In this document: one piece after another, positions 28,186 through 37,685 of the stretch
Position numbering within the stretch: the stretch's first letter is position 1
Layout: every line of letters starts with the position of its first letter
NCBI GenBank assembly: GCA_964536615.1
Contig: CAZHYG010000001.1
Location: forward strand, 6,200-70,199
DNA length: 64,000 bases
Direction of reading: 5' to 3'
From: an uncultured Gammaproteobacteria bacterium
GTDB lineage: Bacteria; Patescibacteriota; Patescibacteriia; Magasanikbacterales; GWA2-37-8
Notes under the pieces: model-generated
The model's database searches: none
Seen by the model: only the letters and a program-made list of their open reading frames with translations
What the model was told of the DNA's origin: nothing
Program-made: the position numbers and the translations under genes

Positions 28186-28502
28186 TGGTGGACAAAGGTT
28201 CCCGAACCTAAAAAATCGGAAATGTCCGCGCCATTGATGTGAATCGAGGGTGTGGCAAGAGTCTTATCCGCGGGTTCTTCGGAACCCGCGCGATTGAATC
28301 AGTTTCTTACTTGTATAGAATAGGGAACTGATACTGATCGAAAACAATTAATACTAGTGTCAAAAAATAGAAAGTAGGTTACAATAGACCTACTTTAAAA
28401 TTATCATTCGAGATTTGAAAATAGTTTATTTTTAAATCTCGGGCAATAATACCCGACAAGTTCGGCTCATTTCCCGCCTGATGCGGGTGAATCGGGGTTG
28501 CA

Positions 28503-29249
28503 ATGAAGATTTTCTGCTGTCTGGTGCTAGTCATCACCGCTTGCTCCTTTAACCCGTCGGGTTCGCTCGACGGAGAGGTAGATGCAATGGGTGATGGAGT
28601 AGTCCTCACCCCCGACGCCCAGATCGATGCGCCCATCGATGCTCCGCCGCCCTTGGTGGCGAGCATTGTGGGAGACTGCTACGTCCGCCCGCAGGCTCCG
28701 CCTGCCGACGGGGTGACCGTGGGTCGTCCCAAGACCCTGGTCTGCCTCGCGGAAGCGAGGCAGTGTACGGCGACCAACAGCCGCGTTCCGAGCGCTCCGC
28801 TTCCCATGACCCCACCGGTCCAACCTGGTGTGGGCGAGTGGGAGGTTTCGTTCACCCCGGTGTTCACCGGTGTGAACGAGTTCACCTTCACCTGTGAAGG
28901 TGATGTGGGTAGTGTGGCGACTGCAGGACCGCTGGCACTTCATGCCATGTCCTTGCAGATCACCGAAGGAGTTTCGGTGATCGACCAGAGCCTCGGGCAG
29001 TACCAACTGCTCAATCGCAACGGTCGAATCCGGCTCGTCTGGGGTATCCCGGACGATCCAACGCCCCAAACGTGCGGCAACTCGGTTTCCGGGCTGCCAA
29101 CGGTCAACATCGGAAGTGGAGGGCGTCCGTGCGTGGGCGAAATCTACGACCTGCTTGTTCCAACGAACGGACCAGCGGGGACAGTGGTTCTTCGCTTCTC
29201 GTCGGCGTTGTATGTGGGGTCTGTGTCTGTTGCAGTGCCGGCCTCGTAG
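28503..29249 (+). CDS. Lipoprotein, paralog 1 of a tandem pair; high-GC
   Basis: MKIFCCLVLVITAC lipobox-like signal. 611 bp (28604..29214) are identical to 29474..30084. Confidence 0.6.
   Translation: MKIFCCLVLVITACSFNPSGSLDGEVDAMGDGVVLTPDAQIDAPIDAPPPLVASIVGDCYVRPQAPPADGVTVGRPKTLVCLAEARQCTATNSRVPSAPLPMTPPVQPGVGEWEVSFTPVFTGVNEFTFTCEGDVGSVATAGPLALHAMSLQITEGVSVIDQSLGQYQLLNRNGRIRLVWGIPDDPTPQTCGNSVSGLPTVNIGSGGRPCVGEIYDLLVPTNGPAGTVVLRFSSALYVGSVSVAVPAS
28604..29214 (+). repeat. Tandem duplication unit, copy 1 (611 bp identical to 29474..30084)
   Basis: Direct comparison of the two blocks shows identity through ...cggcgttgtatg, then divergence; the period is 870 bp. Confidence 0.85.
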
Positions 29250-29387
29250 GGTTGGAGGGTGTAGTAAGAGGAAGAAATTCGAGGTGTAGACAGTGTTGGC
29301 AGGGTATCTTCCTCACAGAAATTTTTCCATCATTATTTGGTGGTGGAAAATAAGCTGTGCAAATCAAGCAAGAGGCCAGGAGGCCAC

Positions 29388-30119
29388 ATGTCTCTCAGAA
29401 CATTGTTTGCAGTGTTGTTGACGATAGTTTGTGGTGGCGGATGTAATCTGGTCTTCGGACTGGATGAGGTTCGCCTCACCCCCGACGCCCAGATCGATGC
29501 GCCCATCGATGCTCCGCCGCCCTTGGTGGCGAGCATTGTGGGAGACTGCTACGTCCGCCCGCAGGCTCCGCCTGCCGACGGGGTGACCGTGGGTCGTCCC
29601 AAGACCCTGGTCTGCCTCGCGGAAGCGAGGCAGTGTACGGCGACCAACAGCCGCGTTCCGAGCGCTCCGCTTCCCATGACCCCACCGGTCCAACCTGGTG
29701 TGGGCGAGTGGGAGGTTTCGTTCACCCCGGTGTTCACCGGTGTGAACGAGTTCACCTTCACCTGTGAAGGTGATGTGGGTAGTGTGGCGACTGCAGGACC
29801 GCTGGCACTTCATGCCATGTCCTTGCAGATCACCGAAGGAGTTTCGGTGATCGACCAGAGCCTCGGGCAGTACCAACTGCTCAATCGCAACGGTCGAATC
29901 CGGCTCGTCTGGGGTATCCCGGACGATCCAACGCCCCAAACGTGCGGCAACTCGGTTTCCGGGCTGCCAACGGTCAACATCGGAAGTGGAGGGCGTCCGT
30001 GCGTGGGCGAAATCTACGACCTGCTTGTTCCAACGAACGGACCAGCGGGGACAGTGGTTCTTCGCTTCTCGTCGGCGTTGTATGGCGGATCAATCAGTGT
30101 GGAGGTCCCGGCCTCGTGA
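29388..30119 (+). CDS. Lipoprotein or secreted protein, paralog 2 of the tandem pair; high-GC
   Basis: AGGAGG SD 5 nt upstream of ATG (MSLRTLFAVLLTIVCGGGC). The body is identical to paralog 1 except the N-terminal signal region and the last ~10 residues. Confidence 0.6.
   Translation: MSLRTLFAVLLTIVCGGGCNLVFGLDEVRLTPDAQIDAPIDAPPPLVASIVGDCYVRPQAPPADGVTVGRPKTLVCLAEARQCTATNSRVPSAPLPMTPPVQPGVGEWEVSFTPVFTGVNEFTFTCEGDVGSVATAGPLALHAMSLQITEGVSVIDQSLGQYQLLNRNGRIRLVWGIPDDPTPQTCGNSVSGLPTVNIGSGGRPCVGEIYDLLVPTNGPAGTVVLRFSSALYGGSISVEVPAS
29474..30084 (+). repeat. Tandem duplication unit, copy 2
   Basis: Identical to 28604..29214. Confidence 0.85.
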
Positions 30120-30327
30120 TTCGCACAAGGAGAAGCACCGAGGTTGAGGTTGTATATGGCAAGCGCTTCTCCTGTCTCGCAATATTATTATCAAAAATTG
30201 GTAATAATATCTGAGATAAAAAAACAGACAAACCAATCTATAATTGTTCATCAAACTTGGTGAATAACCATAGACAGATTTATCTGCCTAACAAAATTAC
30301 CATCCGATTACCCGAATAAATAATTTA

Positions 30328-31845
30328 TTACTTATTTAGGTGACTCTCCCGGATGGTTTTTTGTTGTGAAATCCAATATCCCCATATTGCCCATAACCAC
30401 CAGATTACTGGTGTGTGGCGCAGCATGTTATCGGAAACGCTTAGGGTAAGATAGATAAAAATACTGGCAATAAAAATAATATTAAGCCAGTTATTTTTTA
30501 AACCAAATATAATTTGTTGATAGAGTAGAGTAATAAAAATAAAAACAAACAATACCAAACCAACAACCCCTGATTCAAAAGCAACTTTAATGTAGTCGTT
30601 GTGAGCTTCGGAAGTGTTATCCCATAGATTTTCAACATCTTTATTATCGTCCCAAACGCGAGAAAATGTTCCGTATCCATAACCAACTATCCAATGTTCT
30701 TTAAATAACGGTATGATTTTTGCCGCCAAATTGGTGCGCCAGCGAATGGAATCGGCATCTTGGTTGCGACTGGTAAGACGAGCAATGAGTGTATTTGCTT
30801 GCAAGTTTACATTAAAATTATTTATTAGATATCTATTTGCTGGATAAAACAGACCATAAAACAGCACAATTGCCGCGCACGTATAAAACAATAGTTTTCT
30901 GTAGTACATTGCACCAACAAAACAGCCAAGTATAACTGTTCCAATCCAAGCAATCCGTGTGTACGTAAGGGCAATTATGCAAATCAGGGTAAAAATAATG
31001 AGTTTTATTTCCGGTTCTTGTTTTAAATCAAAAAAGTCCATTTTTTTAAATCCATGTATGCTGATTCTTGAAATCAGTTCGGATACTGCCAGCAATAATA
31101 GCGTAAGCGCAAAAGTTGCTAAGACGTTGGGGTGGGCAAAGGTGCCGTAGATGCGGTTTGCCACATCGTCAATATCCACACCTGTTTTGGTTATAAATTG
31201 GTATGCGCCAACGGCAAAAGGAATAATGGCTGCGCCAATAGCGCTGGCAAGAAAATATTTTTTAAATGCCAGTGGGTTTTTTTGGGACATGACATATGTA
31301 ATGGCAAGCAAACCGAATAAATTGCTTAGTTTAAGTGTTTCAATTATAGTTGCGGACATTGAATATGTATAGAATACCGAGATGCCGCACCAGAGAATAA
31401 ATGCTGCCCAGATGCTGGCTAGCGGCAATTTTTTTGCATACTGGTAATTTTGCGCGATAAATAAAATTGTCCATACTAGTAGAAATACCGATAGCGCCGC
31501 GTTAATATTAAAATTAAAAAATCGGATAGAAAATAAGTTGTAATCTCGCCAATAATCCATGGCCGGACGCAGCGCTAACAGAATTAAAATAAAATATTCT
31601 CCTAGTATTTTTTGTAAAATAATAAAACCGGCCATCAAAAATGCCAGAGTATCAAGGTTGGTAAAAGGATTGATTAAAATAAACAACAATAAAAATATGA
31701 CAAGTATCGCGCTGTAAGAAAAGTTTTTTATATGCATCATATATAGATAATCTTTTCTTGAGTATAGCATAATAATATGATAAACTAAAGATATTAAAGA
31801 GATATGCCTGTGCAGAGAAAAAAACATAAAAAAGCCGCACGACAT
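30328..31845 (-). CDS. O-antigen ligase/polymerase family (Wzy_C-like) polytopic membrane protein
   Basis: ~12 TM helices. A conserved-looking ...SEAHNDYIKVAFESGVVGLVLFVFIF... segment (HN...E.G..G) is typical of the O-antigen ligase family. Confidence 0.55.
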   Translation of the reverse strand: MSCGFFMFFSLHRHISLISLVYHIIMLYSRKDYLYMMHIKNFSYSAILVIFLLLFILINPFTNLDTLAFLMAGFIILQKILGEYFILILLALRPAMDYWRDYNLFSIRFFNFNINAALSVFLLVWTILFIAQNYQYAKKLPLASIWAAFILWCGISVFYTYSMSATIIETLKLSNLFGLLAITYVMSQKNPLAFKKYFLASAIGAAIIPFAVGAYQFITKTGVDIDDVANRIYGTFAHPNVLATFALTLLLLAVSELISRISIHGFKKMDFFDLKQEPEIKLIIFTLICIIALTYTRIAWIGTVILGCFVGAMYYRKLLFYTCAAIVLFYGLFYPANRYLINNFNVNLQANTLIARLTSRNQDADSIRWRTNLAAKIIPLFKEHWIVGYGYGTFSRVWDDNKDVENLWDNTSEAHNDYIKVAFESGVVGLVLFVFIFITLLYQQIIFGLKNNWLNIIFIASIFIYLTLSVSDNMLRHTPVIWWLWAIWGYWISQQKTIRESHLNK

Positions 31846-33852
31846 ACGCGGCGGTATATAGTTACCGCTGCTTTTATGTTAGTGCTGGGCGGGTACATAG
31901 CTCTGCTATTTCCACATTTTTCTTCAGCTATCCGAACTTCGCCGCGGCGCGCCAATTATTTTTTATGGTGGGATATTCCCAGCTCAAAAATTGCTGAGTT
32001 GGCGAGATACGATCTGCTAGTGCTTGATATGGAAACACAGGTTACCAGTCCTGCCGCCCTTAAAAAAATAAAAGAGCTTAACCCAGATATTATTCTGTTG
32101 GCATATATAACGCCGCAAGAAATCAAATCAGATGCAGCTTCAGGGTCAAGTGTTATGCGCCGTAAATTGGCCGCCGGCATTGATCAGCAATGGTATATAA
32201 CAGACTTAGCTCAGCAAAAAAAATCTTTTTGGCCGGGCACCTGGATGCTAAATGTGGCGGACAATGCGCCGCAAATAAACGGAGTTAGATTTAACCAATA
32301 TTTAGCTCAATTTGTAAGCAAAGAAATTTTAGCCACCGGTATGTGGAGCGGCGTATTTTACGATAATGCCTGGCGAGAAGTGCAGTGGGTTATTGGTCCT
32401 GATGCCGATCTTGATAAAGATGGACAAAAAGATAGTGATATTGATGCGCATTGGCAAGAGGGTATGCGCGCGCTGTTTCGCGAAACACGTCGTTTAGCAG
32501 GTAATCCGTACTATATTGTCGGAAATGCGCCAAATGACGCGTATAAAAATGACTTAAATGGTATTATGCTGGAAAGTTTTCCCGCTTCTGGCTGGAAAGA
32601 AACTATGCGTATTTATGCTTCCACAGCCCAGGGTGGTCCGTTGCCTCGATTTATGATTATAAATGCTAATAACGGCAACAAAGGAACTCAGGCTAGCAAT
32701 TTAAAAAAATTTCGTTTTGGTTTGGCTAGCACGCTCATGGTGGATGGATATTACTCGTTTGATTATGGCGACCAAAATCATGGCCAGACTTGGTGGTATG
32801 ATGAATACGATGTTGAGCTTGGTAAAGCTATTTCGCCACCGCTTTCTTTAAACAATAAAGCGCAGTTTGAAGAAGATGTCTGGAGAAGAGAGTATGAAAA
32901 TGGTATCGCCATTGTTAATCCTACCGGACAAGCCCAGGATATTGATTTGGGCGGTGAGTATGAAAAATTAAGCGGCGTTCAAGATAAAACCGCTAATAAT
33001 GGCGCTATAGTCAGCCAGGTAAACTTACCATCTAAAGACGGGCTTATCATGTTGCGCACATTTCAAACTTTAAAAAATTTAGTTTTTGGCAATGGTAATT
33101 TTGTACGATTTTTCAACGCAGCAGGAAATCGCGCCCGCAACGGTTTGTTTATTTACGAAGATGATATTGCCGGCGGCGCGAGCATTTATTATGGCGATTT
33201 GGATGCCGATGGTTTGGAAGAAAAAATTGTTGCTAACGGTCCAAAATTGCAGATATTTAATAATGTCGGACAGATTTGGTTTGAAGGATTTCCGTTTGGA
33301 AATTATAAAGGTGAACTACGAATTGCAATTGGAACACTGGCTGGATCAAAAACAAAATCTATTGTTGTAACGCAGGCCAGTGGTGGGCAGGCGGTGATTT
33401 ATAATTATCACGGCGGTGTAATAAAAGAAAATATTTTTCCGTTGGGTAAAAATTACAAAGGCGGGTTATCTGTAGCGGTGTTGGAAGATAGAAATACAAA
33501 CCCCGATAAAAATGGCCAGATTGTGGTAGGAAAAGCAGGTGGCAGTCGGCCGGAAGTTATTATATATAACAATACATTTTCAAAAATTAACAAACGGTTC
33601 TTTATTGATACAACAAAATTAAAAGGGGAGCTTAGCGTAACAGCAAGTGATCTAAACGGAGATAAGACGAAAGAAATAATTGTCGCCTATGACTACGGGC
33701 GATTCAAACAAGTTAAAATTTATCAGCCTTCAGGCAAGCTTATTTCTCAATTTAAAACTTCTATTAGTTTCGCCAATGGACATGTGTCGGTTGGAGCGGT
33801 AGATGTAGATTTTGACGGCAAAGATGAGATAGTACTGATGAATAAACAGTAG
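31804..33852 (+). CDS. Membrane-anchored glycoside-hydrolase-like (GHL TIM-barrel) protein with C-terminal FG-GAP/VCBS-like repeats
   Basis: N-terminal TM. WWDIPSSKIAELARYDLLVLDMET... block resembles putative GH114/GHL-type barrels. Repeated GDLDADGLEEKIV / DLNGDKTKEIIVA / VDVDFDGKDEIVL motifs. Confidence 0.45.
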   Translation: MPVQRKKHKKAARHTRRYIVTAAFMLVLGGYIALLFPHFSSAIRTSPRRANYFLWWDIPSSKIAELARYDLLVLDMETQVTSPAALKKIKELNPDIILLAYITPQEIKSDAASGSSVMRRKLAAGIDQQWYITDLAQQKKSFWPGTWMLNVADNAPQINGVRFNQYLAQFVSKEILATGMWSGVFYDNAWREVQWVIGPDADLDKDGQKDSDIDAHWQEGMRALFRETRRLAGNPYYIVGNAPNDAYKNDLNGIMLESFPASGWKETMRIYASTAQGGPLPRFMIINANNGNKGTQASNLKKFRFGLASTLMVDGYYSFDYGDQNHGQTWWYDEYDVELGKAISPPLSLNNKAQFEEDVWRREYENGIAIVNPTGQAQDIDLGGEYEKLSGVQDKTANNGAIVSQVNLPSKDGLIMLRTFQTLKNLVFGNGNFVRFFNAAGNRARNGLFIYEDDIAGGASIYYGDLDADGLEEKIVANGPKLQIFNNVGQIWFEGFPFGNYKGELRIAIGTLAGSKTKSIVVTQASGGQAVIYNYHGGVIKENIFPLGKNYKGGLSVAVLEDRNTNPDKNGQIVVGKAGGSRPEVIIYNNTFSKINKRFFIDTTKLKGELSVTASDLNGDKTKEIIVAYDYGRFKQVKIYQPSGKLISQFKTSISFANGHVSVGAVDVDFDGKDEIVLMNKQ

Positions 33853-33853
33853 T

Positions 33854-34747
33854 TTACGGTCCGGTAATTAAGCACGCAACTGATCCGGCTGGCTTCCAAT
33901 TATTTTTTAGCGCAACCATCAGTCCAGCTACGGACAGAGCGCTGTTAGGAGAAAGCGCGAGCGGTTTTTCTTGGTCTGTAATTTTTTCTTCCGTAATAAT
34001 TTTTTGTATTTGTAAAATATCTTCGTCCGTTGCTATCCAGCCTGACCCGTGGCTGTCGTGTAAAGTTTGCATGATGTAATTTTTACGATTACCAACCATA
34101 TCCACAATAGCATGCGCCATTGATTGGCCGGTTTGTTTGGAATCAATAAAAGGATGGCATGCTGGAGTTTGAACAATATGAATCTCCGGATTAATGCCTA
34201 TTTTTTTAAACCCTTCAAATAATCCTTGAGCAGTTGTGCCGCTGGAAGTGGGAATAAAAACCGCGCTTAAATTTGGTATGGCAGAAAGCTCTTTAGCCAA
34301 AGTGTGATATCCGATTAAGGCCAGGTCATCGGTTGATTGGCGTAAGTTTTTTGAAAGGCCTTGTTTATCCAATAAAAACGCGCTTTGTTTTGGGTTATCT
34401 GTTTGCGCAATATGAATGTGAGAATTTTGTTGTGTTAAGGCAAATAGCGTTGTAAGTTTTTCTCGAGCAATATGCTTGCCAATAAAAATTTGCAGGCTAA
34501 TAGGTTTAGCTGGGTTTTGCGTGTTATAATTTTTAATGTAAGTAGCGGCGGCAATAGCAGAGTTTCCAGAAGATGAAATACAAAAATCGCGTACCCCTTG
34601 TTCGTAGTATGCACCAATCATAAGCGGAATTGAACGGCCTTTGTGCGAATGGTAATCAGGCATCACATCCTCTCGTTTAAGATAAAGATCTTGTGATAAG
34701 CCCAAGGCGGCAGCTAATTTTGGTGAAGTAGATTGAGGGGTAAGCAT
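33854..34747 (-). CDS. PLP-dependent enzyme of the threonine synthase / Trp-synthase beta fold
   Basis: Lys-containing N-terminal motif (KREDVMPDYHSHKGRS, in place of SFKDRG) and SSGNSAIAAATY glycine-rich loop. 297 aa. Confidence 0.45.
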   Translation of the reverse strand: MLTPQSTSPKLAAALGLSQDLYLKREDVMPDYHSHKGRSIPLMIGAYYEQGVRDFCISSSGNSAIAAATYIKNYNTQNPAKPISLQIFIGKHIAREKLTTLFALTQQNSHIHIAQTDNPKQSAFLLDKQGLSKNLRQSTDDLALIGYHTLAKELSAIPNLSAVFIPTSSGTTAQGLFEGFKKIGINPEIHIVQTPACHPFIDSKQTGQSMAHAIVDMVGNRKNYIMQTLHDSHGSGWIATDEDILQIQKIITEEKITDQEKPLALSPNSALSVAGLMVALKNNWKPAGSVACLITGP

Positions 34748-34824
34748 ATATAGTTTATGTAGCTTGTTTTTATAGTCGTTTTATACTATAATCTATCTAT
34801 TCTTAAATTTATATTATTTCTATT

Positions 34825-34989
34825 ATGAAACTTACATGCCCAGAATGTCAAAACGAGGTTGATCTTTCTTCGTATATAAATCTTGAGGTCGGTAATGTTA
34901 TTGAATGTAATGTCTGTGGTATTACTCTGATGGTGCAATCTATAGAAAACGAAATTGTCAGTGCCGAGGTGGTGGACGAAGGCAAATAG
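34825..34989 (+). CDS. LysW-like zinc-ribbon amino-group carrier protein (54 aa; absent from the ORF track)
   Basis: MKLTCPECQNEVDLSSYINLEVGNVIECNVCGITLMVQSIENEIVSAEVVDEGK has the CPxC...CxxCG ribbon and acidic C-terminal tail of LysW/ArgW carriers. Confidence 0.45.
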   Translation: MKLTCPECQNEVDLSSYINLEVGNVIECNVCGITLMVQSIENEIVSAEVVDEGK

Positions 34990-36399
34990 CTATTGCTCCT
35001 GATAACGGCGAACCAATTCATCTATCATCCCTCTAAAACCATGTGAACCCAAGAAGACGATAACGTCTTCTTTTTTTGCATCTTGCATAATACGATTGAT
35101 AAGATCTGTATCCTTTTCTATATACAGTACTTGCGAGTGGTCTTTAGATATAACCTGTGAAAGAGCGGTGCCGTCAAAGGGAGGGTTTTCGTTTTTTTCG
35201 TCTACCTTTAATTTTGTAAGAGTTGGAATTAAAACAGTGTCTGCATCCGTAAATGCCTGAGCGTATCCCGGAATTGATTGCTGGGTTCGGTTGCCTGTAT
35301 TTGGTTCAAAGATAGCAAAAATATGCTGGTTTGGATAAATGGCGCGCAATGTTTTTAGGGTGGCGGCAGCTTTGGTGGGTGAGTGAGCCAGGTCGTCAAA
35401 GATAGTAACAAATCCTTCGTATCGTTTTTCCAAGCGTCGTTTAACTCCTGCAAATCGTGATATGGACGCAATAACTTGATCTGGATCAATGCCGATTTCT
35501 ACAGCCAAGGCAAAAGCGCCGCAAATATTTTCCGCCATATGAGCGCCTAGTATTGGCGCTGATACCATATATGCTTTGCTGTCGTGAGAAATAGTAAACT
35601 GTAACCCGGCGCGTGTTTGGTTAACATTGTTATATATATAATCGGCCTTACTATTTTTTCCATAAGTAATAACGTGAGCTTGTGCTTGCGAAGCTGCCTG
35701 TGAAACGGCTTCAGAATCTGAGCAAGCCACAATTATTCCGGTTTGCGGTATGTTTTTAACAAGCTCATTAAAGACATTAATATATAAATCTTCGGTAGGG
35801 TATAAATCCGCATGATCCCAAGAGATTGAGGTTAGCAGCAAGTGAGTAGGGCGGTACAGAGCAAACTTTGGACGATTATCCCAGCGGGCAATTTTATACT
35901 CGTCGCCTTCAAGAACGCTCCAGGCGGTATCGGTTTCCTTCAAGCGAGCACTAGTTGAAATATTGGCGCTCAGGCCTCCAAACATATAACTTGGTGCCAT
36001 CTGTGCCTCTTGTAAAATATGTGTAAGCAGTACCGATGAAGAAGTTTTACCATATGTGCCTGCGCACACAATAGAATTTTCTGCTACAATTTTTTCGGCT
36101 ACTACTTCTGGATACGATGCGTACGTAATATTATTTTGTTGGACAAATACATATTCTGGATTGGTTGATCCGGCTACATTTCCCACTACAACCAAATCCG
36201 GTATGCCGCCCGCAATCATTTTGTCTACATGCCAGCCTGGATAGAAATCAACGTTATTTTTTTGTAAATATGTAGAAATTGGCGGAAAAAAACCCACATC
36301 ACTGCCGGTAACATGCCAACCCGCATTTTTAAACGCCGCAGCCAAAGCGCTCATAGCCACGCCGCAAATGCCGATAAAGTGTATTCGTTTCGCTTCCAT
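34990..36399 (-). CDS. Mur ligase family protein, Mpl/MurC-like
   Basis: N-terminus RIHFIGICGVAMSALAAAFKNAGWHVTGSD...FFPPIS matches the Mpl/MurC Rossmann start, followed by Mur ligase middle and C-terminal domains. Confidence 0.7.
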   Translation of the reverse strand: MEAKRIHFIGICGVAMSALAAAFKNAGWHVTGSDVGFFPPISTYLQKNNVDFYPGWHVDKMIAGGIPDLVVVGNVAGSTNPEYVFVQQNNITYASYPEVVAEKIVAENSIVCAGTYGKTSSSVLLTHILQEAQMAPSYMFGGLSANISTSARLKETDTAWSVLEGDEYKIARWDNRPKFALYRPTHLLLTSISWDHADLYPTEDLYINVFNELVKNIPQTGIIVACSDSEAVSQAASQAQAHVITYGKNSKADYIYNNVNQTRAGLQFTISHDSKAYMVSAPILGAHMAENICGAFALAVEIGIDPDQVIASISRFAGVKRRLEKRYEGFVTIFDDLAHSPTKAAATLKTLRAIYPNQHIFAIFEPNTGNRTQQSIPGYAQAFTDADTVLIPTLTKLKVDEKNENPPFDGTALSQVISKDHSQVLYIEKDTDLINRIMQDAKKEDVIVFLGSHGFRGMIDELVRRYQEQ

Positions 36400-36407
36400 A
36401 AGATAAT

Positions 36408-37022
36408 TTATTTTGATAAAAATCCTGATTTTTGCAACTGCTTATTATGTAATTTTGTAAGCAGAGCCAGCGCCAGAATTGCTCCAGTCAGACAAAGCGC
36501 CATATCGGATTGGGTGTCCCAGATATAACCCTGTGTTCCCAAAAAAGCATCTCCTGCCGAACCGACGGCTATTGCTACCAGCCATTCAATTATTTCGTAT
36601 AAAGCGGTAATAAGTCCGGCAATAGATATTATAATGAAGTTAAGCCATTTTCCTGGCTTGAGCGGGGAAGTGCGCAATAAAATTTCACGAGCTACAATTG
36701 CAGGTATAAAACCTTGAGCCAGATGACCTATTTTATCGTAGTTGTTTCGTTCAAATATGCCGATGTCGCGCAACCAATTAAACAATGGCACTTCCGCATA
36801 TGTGGAGTGGCCTCCGACCATTAAGATTGCCGCATGAATTGCAATAAGAGTATATGTTAAATTGGTGAAACGAAATTTTTTATTGGTGATCGCCAAGAAA
36901 ATAAAACCCATTATGGCAGGCGCTACTTCTAAAAACCAGGTAAAATAATCATGGGGATTGATGGCTGACCATGTAAAAACTACAAGTACTAGCACAAGCA
37001 ATATTTTTTGATATGTTGACAT
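36408..37022 (-). CDS. Hypothetical polytopic membrane protein (YjdF/DUF2238-like)
   Basis: 6 TM helices; conserved-looking HLAQGFIPA and YEIIEWL segments. Confidence 0.45.
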   Translation of the reverse strand: MSTYQKILLVLVLVVFTWSAINPHDYFTWFLEVAPAIMGFIFLAITNKKFRFTNLTYTLIAIHAAILMVGGHSTYAEVPLFNWLRDIGIFERNNYDKIGHLAQGFIPAIVAREILLRTSPLKPGKWLNFIIISIAGLITALYEIIEWLVAIAVGSAGDAFLGTQGYIWDTQSDMALCLTGAILALALLTKLHNKQLQKSGFLSK

Positions 37023-37027
37023 AAAAA

Positions 37028-37684
37028 TTAAGAAAGGTTATTCAGAATTTGTTTTAATTTTTCCGTATCCTTAGTCCAGGTTGCGCCATCAAACCATTCT
37101 AGGCCGGAAAACTGCAGTTTGTATGTGTCGGTGGGGCGTTGAGCAGAGCCAAGATATACGTATTGTTTGCCTTGTTCTTGCGCCCAAACAATTGCCCGAA
37201 GCATCATGCCCATGCCAGTATTAGTTGGTGCAGTTTGCAAATTATAAAACGGATAGCAATAATGAAAAATATGTTGAGTTTCCAAAGCAATGCAATAGCC
37301 AAGCTGTTCGTTATTTTGTGTGTATATAAACAGGCGGTTAAAATTACTTTGGGTAGAATCGGTGATAAGCTCTTTTATTTTTTGGGCGCTAAAAGTTTTT
37401 TCACCAAATTTTTGTTCGTAAAAATCTTTTCCCAGTTTATGAATTTGCCAGCTGTAGTTTGCGTAGGGGATAGGCGAGACGGTTAATTGTAAATCTTCTG
37501 TTTTTTTTAAGATTCTTTTATTTTCGGAAGAGAGAGCGAAAGTTTTTAAATCCAAACGGAGGCTGCGTGTTTGGTTCAGGTCGCCATAGCCTGTACGCGT
37601 AAAAACATAACCTTCGTTATACAAGGTTTCGATATTTTTTTCAGAAAAATCCGTTATAGTTTGTTTATTCCAAGATAAATACAT
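37028..37684 (-). CDS. Putative aminoacyl-tRNA-protein transferase (ATE/Bpt-like) or FemAB-like GNAT-fold protein
   Basis: GYVFTRTGYG and YVYLGSAQ segments resemble ATE_N/ATE_C motifs. Assignment is weak. Confidence 0.3.
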   Translation of the reverse strand: MYLSWNKQTITDFSEKNIETLYNEGYVFTRTGYGDLNQTRSLRLDLKTFALSSENKRILKKTEDLQLTVSPIPYANYSWQIHKLGKDFYEQKFGEKTFSAQKIKELITDSTQSNFNRLFIYTQNNEQLGYCIALETQHIFHYCYPFYNLQTAPTNTGMGMMLRAIVWAQEQGKQYVYLGSAQRPTDTYKLQFSGLEWFDGATWTKDTEKLKQILNNLS

Positions 37685-37685
37685 A

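Noticed and set aside
28379-28666. Duplicate short minus-strand ORFs MLATKGGGASMGASIWASGV... at 28379-28666 and 29333-29536
   Set aside because: They simply mirror the tandem duplication on the opposite strand. They lack RBSs and overlap the real lipoprotein starts.
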